A stretch of 64,000 bases of DNA from Bacillales bacterium UBA4694. GTDB lineage: Bacteria; Bacillota_I; Bacilli_A; RFN20; CAG-288. The notes beneath the pieces were generated by a model, which saw only the letters and a program-made list of their open reading frames with translations, ran no database searches and was not told the origin of the DNA. Below, one piece after another: positions 57,871-64,000 of the stretch. Both the position numbers and the translations under genes were made by a program. The stretch is taken from assembly GCA_002404835.1 (NCBI GenBank), contig DHKM01000027.1, forward strand, positions 15,514 to 79,513. Reading direction: 5' to 3'. How positions within the stretch are numbered: the stretch's first letter is position 1; each line of letters begins with the position of its first letter.

Positions 57871-58527
57871 TCATTTTCCGGAAATTTCCGCCTTCTTAGC
57901 AAAAAATCCGGACATATACGAATAATTTTCACTGCCCAAAACCATAAAACCGACCATTCTGGCCTTTTTCTCAATCAGAATCTGACACAACCTATGATAG
58001 CAAGAAATGTCCGCTTCACTGAACTGGGGATTACCGCTAGGATGATTGTGAACAAAAAGCATCCCATCTCCTGCCAAGATAGGTAAATGATCGAATATTT
58101 CATAAGGAAACTGTATTTTGTCATAAAATCCAGAATCCTTCCGAACAATATGTTTTACTTTTCCATCCCGAGACAAAAGGAAAATCAGAAGAGCTTCCTT
58201 TTTTCTTTTGTAGAAAAAGGTCCTAGTCTGAAGAAAACAATCCTGGCAGGAGTTGATTTTTCCGATTGTCATCAAGGAAAAGCGTCTAATGAACTCTAAC
58301 GAAGTCATAAGCCGGAGACGTTTGACCTGCCCGATTCCGTTCCCATGTACCAAGCCTTCCCATTCGAAAAGGATGCTGGAAAGGCCGTGGTATTTGTCCA
58401 TGGTTTGCTTCGACAGGCTTAGGACGTCCGACTTCTTGCCACCTGTCTCAAGGACAAGCGCAAGAAGTTCTTCATCCGTCAAGGAGAACAATCCGCAGGA
58501 AAGTGCCTTCTCCCGTGGCTTCATCAT
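57871..58527 (-). CDS. radC: RadC-family JAB/MPN-domain protein (UPF0758)
   Basis: KPREKALSCGLFSLTDEELLALVLETGGKK (HhH N-terminus) and the HNHPSGNPQFSEADI JAMM motif. Confidence 0.88.
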   Translation of the reverse strand: MMKPREKALSCGLFSLTDEELLALVLETGGKKSDVLSLSKQTMDKYHGLSSILFEWEGLVHGNGIGQVKRLRLMTSLEFIRRFSLMTIGKINSCQDCFLQTRTFFYKRKKEALLIFLLSRDGKVKHIVRKDSGFYDKIQFPYEIFDHLPILAGDGMLFVHNHPSGNPQFSEADISCYHRLCQILIEKKARMVGFMVLGSENYSYMSGFFAKKAEISGK

Positions 58528-58709
58528 TCACCCCAGGAAAATTCGAATCCGCCTGGAAGTTTTGTTTTTCCTTTTTTCGACATGAAGATGCGGTAAACAA
58601 CAACAGCAACAACCCCTATAGCAAGAAGAGCCATGATGGCAGAAAGGGTGATCGCTTCACCACCTTTCGTGTCCATCATCTCCTGATCAGTAAGAATTCT
58701 ATGATCCAT
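58524..58709 (-). CDS. 61-aa peptide with a double-glycine-type leader and one hydrophobic helix
   Basis: MDHRILTDQEMMDTKGG|EAITLSAIMALLAIGVVAVVVYRIFMSKKGKTKLPGGFEFSWGE. AGGAGGT lies 8 nt upstream of the ATG. The stop overlaps the radC ATG (ATGA). Confidence 0.6.
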   Translation of the reverse strand: MDHRILTDQEMMDTKGGEAITLSAIMALLAIGVVAVVVYRIFMSKKGKTKLPGGFEFSWGE

Positions 58710-58760
58710 ATTAGGATACCTCCTATAGAAAATGGACCATAAAAGCAGAAAGCGTCCAGC

Positions 58761-61343
58761 CTATTTGGAGTACTTCTTTAGCTCATCAAGGAAGGATTGA
58801 TATTTTTCCTTCTCGCTCTTGACCTTCTCCGGATTTGCTCTGGAAACAAAATTCGGATTATTGAGCATCTTTTCGCTTCTTTCTATTTCTTTTTTCAAAA
58901 ACTCGACTCTTTTTTTGATTTTCTCCTGACTGGCCTCATCCTTGCTGTCATCAATAGCCAATGCGAAACTAGGCAGGTAAAGATAATCGTCCCTCTTATC
59001 CTGTGTAAGTACAATGCTCTTTGCAAAAGCAAAACGGGTAAGATAAGGTACCACGGCATCAAAGTTTTCCTTTCCACCACTGACTTTCAGGTCAATCGGG
59101 GAATTCGGAGCCAGTCCAAGTTCCGATTTATGGTTTCTCACAAGACGGATAGCCTCTCTCAAAGAAAGAGCAAGATCCCTTGTTTTCTTGTCAATCTGAT
59201 ATCCGCTCAAAACCGGATAGGATTCCTCATAGATGGACTTCTTGCCGAAAGGAAGATAAGAGTAGATTTCCTCGGTGATAAACGGAGCAAACGGGAAAAG
59301 GACGATGAGGATTCTCTTGAGAATATCATAGAGAACATTGTAAGTGACTTCCTTGTCCGTATCTTTCAAAGTCAAAGCGACTTTGGAATACTCCAAATAT
59401 TCGGAACAGAACTCATCATAGACAAAATGATATACATAATCGGCAGCCTGGCCAAGTTCATATTTATCCATATTGGTCTTGACGTTTTCCAAAAGTCTGT
59501 CTGCTTCATCGTAGATAAAACGGTCAAGATAGGAAAGCCTGGATTCATCGATTTTCTTCGGAACAAAGTCGTCTGGGAGAAGAGAAAGGATATAACGCGA
59601 AGCATTCCAGACTTTGTTTAGGAAATTATGAGCGTTTTCGACCTTATTGTAAGAGAAGTTGATGTCCAAACCCGGAGTTCCGCCGGTAGCAAGAGCATAA
59701 CGGAGAGAATCCGTTCCATATTTTTCGATCACTTCGAAAGGATCGATTCCGTTTCCTAAGGATTTAGACATCTTCCTTCCTTGACTGTCACGGACAAGTC
59801 CATGGATATACACTTTCTTAAATGGCATTTTCCCGGTGAAATGTAGACCTTCGAAGGCCATTCTTTCAACCCAGAAAAAGATAATGTCATAGGCAGTGAC
59901 CATAACATCAAGAGGATAGAATCTCTTGAACAGAGGATCTTCACAATTCGGCCATCCCAGGAATGCAAAAGGAGCAAGAGCAGAAGAAAACCAAGTATCC
60001 AAAACATCCGGATCCTGACTATAGACTTCCGGATCCATAGGATCTACCGAGCAGACGACTTCGCCGGTATTTTTGTTGGTATAGACAGGGATTCTATGTC
60101 CCCACCAAAGCTGACGTGAAATACACCAGTCATCAGTCTTGGAAAGCCACTGGTAGAAGATATCCTTGAATCTTTCCGGGAAAAAGACCGTTCTCTGATC
60201 GGTATTCTGAATTTCCATAACCGCTTTGCTCAGGGCATCCATCTTAACAAACCACTGTTTGGAAAGCATCGGCTCGACAACAGCTTTGCTTCTTTCGGAA
60301 TGTCCGACATTGTGAACGATGTCTTCGACCTTGATAAGGTCACCCTGCTGCTTGATTTTCTCTACGATTTTCTTTCTGCAGGCATAACGGTCGAGGGAAA
60401 CATATTCCTTCGGGCAGTTCTCGTTCATGGTCGCATCTTCGTTCATGGTCTTCACGAATTTCAGACCGTGGCGTTTGGCAATCTGGAAATCGTTCGGATC
60501 ATGGGCAGGAGTGCACTTCATGACGCCGGTACCGAATTCCTTGTCGACATAACGGTCGGCAATAAGAGGGAGAAGTTCGCCGTTTGCCGGATTGATGACT
60601 TTTTTCCCTTCCAGGCCCTGATAACGTTCGTCTTCCGGGTTGAAGCAGACCGCCTGGTCACCGAACATCGTCTCTGGACGGGTAGTTGCCACTTCCAGAT
60701 AGCGGGAATGGTCTTCAAGCCAATATTTGAAATAATAGAATTTACCGTTATCCTGGCTATATACGACTTCGATATCACTGAGAGCCGTCTTTAATACCGG
60801 ATCCCAGTTGATGATTCTTTCCCCACGATAAATAAGCCCTTCGTCATAGAGTCTCTTGAAGACAACATTGACTGCTTTCACCATTCCAGGATCCAAAGTA
60901 AATCGTTCCTTGGAATAATCCATGGACAGACCCAAGGCTTTCCATTGTTTGGTGATGTAGTCCCCGTGTTCTTCTTTCCATTTCCAGGCTTCTTTCAAGA
61001 AGCCTTCTCTTCCAAGCTCGTATTTGTTCTTTCCCTCTTCCTTCAACTTTGCTTCGACTTTAGCCTGAGTGGCAATGCCGGCATGATCCATATCCGCGAG
61101 GAAAAGGACATCATACCCGCAAAGTTTCTTATAACGGGCGATGATATCCAGAATCGTGGTATTTGTCGCATGTCCGATATGAAGGATACCGGTAACATTC
61201 GGCGGAGGAACGATCATCGAAAACGGAGGTTTGGAGAGATTCTCTTCCCTCATAGCCTCAAAATAACCGTTCTTTTCCCAGAATTCCTCTTTGCCAGCTT
61301 CGGAAATCTTGCTGTCATACGCTTTTGCCATTTCTTTTTTCAT
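58761..61343 (-). CDS. valS: valine--tRNA ligase
   Basis: PPPNVTGILHIGHA (HIGH), KMSKSLGN (KMSKS), a CP1 editing domain and a C-terminal coiled coil. ATG at 61343 (MKKEMAKAYD) follows the T-box leader. The ORF-track start at 61373 lies inside the leader. Confidence 0.95.
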   Translation of the reverse strand: MKKEMAKAYDSKISEAGKEEFWEKNGYFEAMREENLSKPPFSMIVPPPNVTGILHIGHATNTTILDIIARYKKLCGYDVLFLADMDHAGIATQAKVEAKLKEEGKNKYELGREGFLKEAWKWKEEHGDYITKQWKALGLSMDYSKERFTLDPGMVKAVNVVFKRLYDEGLIYRGERIINWDPVLKTALSDIEVVYSQDNGKFYYFKYWLEDHSRYLEVATTRPETMFGDQAVCFNPEDERYQGLEGKKVINPANGELLPLIADRYVDKEFGTGVMKCTPAHDPNDFQIAKRHGLKFVKTMNEDATMNENCPKEYVSLDRYACRKKIVEKIKQQGDLIKVEDIVHNVGHSERSKAVVEPMLSKQWFVKMDALSKAVMEIQNTDQRTVFFPERFKDIFYQWLSKTDDWCISRQLWWGHRIPVYTNKNTGEVVCSVDPMDPEVYSQDPDVLDTWFSSALAPFAFLGWPNCEDPLFKRFYPLDVMVTAYDIIFFWVERMAFEGLHFTGKMPFKKVYIHGLVRDSQGRKMSKSLGNGIDPFEVIEKYGTDSLRYALATGGTPGLDINFSYNKVENAHNFLNKVWNASRYILSLLPDDFVPKKIDESRLSYLDRFIYDEADRLLENVKTNMDKYELGQAADYVYHFVYDEFCSEYLEYSKVALTLKDTDKEVTYNVLYDILKRILIVLFPFAPFITEEIYSYLPFGKKSIYEESYPVLSGYQIDKKTRDLALSLREAIRLVRNHKSELGLAPNSPIDLKVSGGKENFDAVVPYLTRFAFAKSIVLTQDKRDDYLYLPSFALAIDDSKDEASQEKIKKRVEFLKKEIERSEKMLNNPNFVSRANPEKVKSEKEKYQSFLDELKKYSK

Positions 61344-61520
61344 AAAAAAAGCCTCCAAGTTGAAGGGACGCACCTATAGTGCGCGGTACCACCCCTCTTC
61401 GGCATAACCGCTCTCTTTCGTCAAAGGCTCCAAGACGACTCGGAAGTTCTGACCGCTCTTTTCCACCAAACAAGAGCTCTCTCTGGATCAGTTGTCTTCT
61501 TCCCTTCTTTTCAACGCCTA
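61344..61520 (-). promoter_or_regulatory. T-box leader RNA (valine specifier GUC) controlling valS
   Basis: Minus strand AGAGGGGTGGTACCGCG (T-box motif, plus-strand 61382-61395). AG-bay AGAGAGAG (61477-61484). Specifier-loop GUCGUC (61434-61439). Antiterminator GAAGAGGG/bulge UGGUACC/GCGCAC-UAUAG-GUGCGU/CCCUUC. A downstream CCUUC-AACUU-GGAGG hairpin plus U7 precedes the ATG. Confidence 0.85.
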
Positions 61521-61558
61521 GAATATTGTAAAGCAAAACAACTTCCTTGAAAAGAAAA

Positions 61559-61591
61559 AGAAAAAAGGAAACGACCAAAATGGTCATTTCC
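61559..61591 (-). terminator. intrinsic terminator after engB (overlaps its stop codon)
   Basis: Minus strand GGAAATGACC-ATTTT-GGTCGTTTCC followed by TTTTTT. Confidence 0.75.
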
Positions 61592-62171
61592 TTGTAACTT
61601 TAAGGATGTCCTGCCGTATCAGATCGAATTGTCTTTCATCTTTTGCAGAAGAAACAAAACAGGAAACCTCCGGTTTTTCTTCTTCGACCTTCTTGATCTG
61701 AAGATCAAGGAAATGTTTTTCCGAAGTATTCAGTTTGTCTGCTTTAGTAAAAATATAACTATAGTTCAAGCCCAGTGATTCCAGGTAAGAGGCAAATTCA
61801 AGGTCACCTTCCTGAAGAAGCCTTCTTGAATCGATCAGAATATAGATTTTTCTTAGCCTTGGATTCTCTTCGATAAAATCCTTCATCAAGCCTTCGAATG
61901 TATCTCTTTTAAAGGAAGCAAAGCCATATCCTGGTACATCGACAAGATAGAAACGCGAATTGATCAGAGCATAATTGACAAGTTGGGTTCTACCCGGCTT
62001 CTTGCTGGTCTTCATAAGAGACGGCATCTTGGTAAGCGAATTGATGAGAGAGGATTTGCCGACATTGGATCTTCCCATTAGGGTAACCATCGGTTTATCG
62101 TTGAGGAACTGCTCCTTCTTAGCAGCAGAGGTAACAAACGAGGCCGTTTCGAACAATAACTTATTCGCCAT
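61584..62171 (-). CDS. engB: ribosome-biogenesis GTPase EngB (YsxC/YihA)
   Basis: GRSNVGKSSLINSL (G1), DVPGYGFA (G3), TKADK (G4). Follows lon, as in Bacillus. Confidence 0.93.
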   Translation of the reverse strand: MANKLLFETASFVTSAAKKEQFLNDKPMVTLMGRSNVGKSSLINSLTKMPSLMKTSKKPGRTQLVNYALINSRFYLVDVPGYGFASFKRDTFEGLMKDFIEENPRLRKIYILIDSRRLLQEGDLEFASYLESLGLNYSYIFTKADKLNTSEKHFLDLQIKKVEEEKPEVSCFVSSAKDERQFDLIRQDILKVTRK

Positions 62172-64000
62172 CGTTTTCTTTTTTGGAAGCCTTTGTCGTT
62201 TTCTTCCCTTTTTCTTCCTTGTTACCAGTCAGCTTTTCGATTTCGGCCTTTTTCTTGTATATATCTTCCATGAAGACTCCACTGAAGAGATCTTTTGCCT
62301 TTTTCACTTCGACAATTTCAAGATTGTCGGAAATCTCTTTGGGCAGTTCCATGCGATCCTTATGGTTTTCGCTAGGGATGAAGACGGTCTTAATATGGTC
62401 CCTTACCGCGGCATTTGTCTTTTCCCTAAGTCCGCCGATAGGAAGAGAATTGCCACGGAGGTCTATTTCACCGGTCATAGCGACATCATTGCGAATCCTG
62501 GTTTCCGTTATGGCGGAAAGAATGACAAGGGCAGTAGCGATGCCGGCACTAGGACCATCTTTCGGAGTCGCACTTTCCGGGAAATGGACATGGATGTCGT
62601 GAGTGGCGAAGTAATTCGGATTGATTCCAAGTTCCGTAGAGATGCTTCTGACATAACTCAAAGCAGTCTCCGTAGCTTCCTTCATCACATCTCCGAGGTT
62701 TCCTGTCATGATGAGAGAGCCTTTTCCAGGGAAGGTATTGCATTCGATTTTCAGGACTTCGCCGCCAGCCTGCGTGTAAGCCAAGCCATTGATGACACCG
62801 ACCTGAGAATCATCGACGTTATGTTCATGATAGAAGATTTCGGCTCCCAGGTACTTTTTGACAAGAGGAACATCGACAACAATGCTCTTGTTGTGTTCAG
62901 GATCATTAAGATAATCCACGGCAAACTTACGGTCGATAGTACCAATCTGCCTTCTGAGGTTTCTGACACCAGCTTCCATGGTGTAATACTCGATGATGTA
63001 ATCCAAAGCTTCATCCGTCCAGGTCATCATTCCAGGCTTGATTCCGTTTGCCTCTTCTTCAAGATGGATAAGATGAGTCTTCGCGATTGTGACCTTCTCG
63101 AATTTCGTATAGGTGTTCAATTCAATCATTTCCAGACGATCGAAAAGGGCACTAGGGATTTTGGAAATGTCATTCGCCGTGCAGATGAAAAGAACCTTGC
63201 TCAAATCGAAGCTTTCGTCAAGATAGTTGTCCTTGAAGAACTGGTTCTGTTCCGGATCGAGAACCTCAAGAAGAGCACTGGCAGGATCACCATGGTATCC
63301 GCCACCGTCAATCTTGTCGATTTCATCCAAAAGGAACACAGGGTTATTTGTTCCGCATTTCTGAAGAGACGAAATGATCTGACCAGGCATAGCACCGATA
63401 TAGGTTCTTCTATGTCCGCGGATTTCGGCTTCATCGGAGACACCGCCCAATGCGACTTTCACAAATTTTCTTCCCAAAGCCTTGGCAATGGAAATGGCAA
63501 GGGAGGTCTTACCGACACCAGGAGCACCATAGAAGCAGAGAATCGGAGCTTTCAGTGAATTGGTGAGCTGTTTTACGGCAAGATACTGGAGGATTCTGTC
63601 CTTCTGCTTTTCAAGGCCTTCATGATTTTCATCCAAGACTTTCTTGACATTGGCAAGATCATCGTTATCCGTGCTGGAAACTTTCCAAGGAAGAGTCGTA
63701 ATCAGATCAAGATAATTGGAAAGCACACTGATTTCCTGACTTCCAGTCGGCATGCCTTTAAGCCTGGTGATTTCCGAACGAATACGTTTTACGATATTGT
63801 CCGGGAATCTTTCCGGATGATCGGCAATGAGTTTTTCATAGGCATCGATTTTGTCGCCGCCGTCGAATTCCTTGAGCTGGTCTTTCACGACCTTCATCTT
63901 CTCTCTCAGTACATATTCACGCTGATTTTTATCAATTGCTTCGGAAACCTTCTGCTGGATATCGAATTCGACTTTGCTGTCGAGATTGAAACGATCGAGA
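62161..64000 (-). CDS. lon: ATP-dependent protease Lon (LonA); N-terminus lies outside the window
   Basis: GAPGVGKTSLA (Walker A), FLLDEIDK (Walker B), and protease-domain PKDGPSAGIA with the catalytic Ser. The frame stays open upstream of the track's ATG at 63897 (..QREYVLREKMKVVKDQLKE) to the window edge. Confidence 0.95.
   Translation of the reverse strand, partial: LDRFNLDSKVEFDIQQKVSEAIDKNQREYVLREKMKVVKDQLKEFDGGDKIDAYEKLIADHPERFPDNIVKRIRSEITRLKGMPTGSQEISVLSNYLDLITTLPWKVSSTDNDDLANVKKVLDENHEGLEKQKDRILQYLAVKQLTNSLKAPILCFYGAPGVGKTSLAISIAKALGRKFVKVALGGVSDEAEIRGHRRTYIGAMPGQIISSLQKCGTNNPVFLLDEIDKIDGGGYHGDPASALLEVLDPEQNQFFKDNYLDESFDLSKVLFICTANDISKIPSALFDRLEMIELNTYTKFEKVTIAKTHLIHLEEEANGIKPGMMTWTDEALDYIIEYYTMEAGVRNLRRQIGTIDRKFAVDYLNDPEHNKSIVVDVPLVKKYLGAEIFYHEHNVDDSQVGVINGLAYTQAGGEVLKIECNTFPGKGSLIMTGNLGDVMKEATETALSYVRSISTELGINPNYFATHDIHVHFPESATPKDGPSAGIATALVILSAITETRIRNDVAMTGEIDLRGNSLPIGGLREKTNAAVRDHIKTVFIPSENHKDRMELPKEISDNLEIVEVKKAKDLFSGVFMEDIYKKKAEIEKLTGNKEEKGKKTTKASKKENDGE

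Noticed and set aside
58524-58709. Alternative reading of the 61-aa peptide as a type IV prepilin/pseudopilin (Bacillus has the prepilin peptidase comC between valS and radC)
   Set aside because: The prepilin signature G|F-T-L-x-E, with Glu at +5, is absent. The residues after the Gly-Gly are EAITL, and the leader is acidic rather than short and basic.
61975-63558. 527-aa plus-strand ORF antisense to engB and lon
   Set aside because: The argument is the same. It crosses the engB/lon junction and has no RBS or recognisable motif, while Lon Walker A/B and catalytic Ser motifs are on the opposite strand.
1-64000. Search for CRISPR arrays, IS elements or transposases, integrases, prophage or toxin-antitoxin modules, and rRNA/tRNA genes
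   Set aside because: Reading both strands shows no direct-repeat/spacer arrays, no terminal inverted repeats flanking an ORF, no recombinase-like ORFs and no structured RNA genes. Every gap longer than 100 nt is accounted for by promoters, terminators or the leaders described above.

Overview
AT-rich 64-kb window packed almost entirely with housekeeping genes from a low-GC Gram-positive-lineage bacterium. About 50 of roughly 56 CDS lie on the minus strand. TGA is used as a stop codon (engB, radC), so the code is standard. Gene order reproduces several Bacillus-type synteny blocks: yqeG-yqeH-yqeK-rsfS-mtnN; plsY next to parE-parC; yneF/efp/rpmG; apt-rel-hisS-aspS; dnaG-rpoD-trmK-nif3; ybeY/cdd-era-recO-glyQS; dnaB-dnaI; pyk-ROK kinase-thrS; mraZ-rsmH-ftsL; divIB-ftsA-ftsZ-pheS-pheT-yceD; recJ, secDF, ruvAB, obg and rplU-prp-rpmA; radC; valS; lon-engB. 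Both MEP-pathway iron-sulfur enzymes (ispG, ispH) are present. I found no rRNA, tRNA, CRISPR array, IS element or prophage. The division clusters contain no mur/ftsW/pbp/mre/min genes, which suggests a wall-less or strongly reduced (Mollicutes/Erysipelotrichia-like) organism; this is inference only. Two genes missing from the ORF track were added by hand: rpmG (52 aa, 10394-10552) and the edge-truncated mtnN (1-620). RNA and regulatory elements include a clear Val T-box leader upstream of valS, a possible L21 leader, several near-consensus sigma-70 promoters and about a dozen intrinsic terminators. The most interesting observations are: (1) a 61-aa ORF with a strong RBS and a double-glycine leader, translationally coupled to radC; (2) a C39 peptidase plus 6-TM ABC-exporter-like protein with an intact catalytic triad but no ATPase domain, sitting between dnaI and ybeY; (3) several remodelled housekeeping proteins: a YbeY-Cdd fusion, a degenerate NadD-like domain fused to YqeK, a DnaI-like loader without Walker motifs, and an EF-P whose modified loop lysine aligns with Met; (4) an extra SigA-like sigma factor at the end of the dnaG-rpoD operon. 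All functional calls rest on motif recognition by eye, with no database search.
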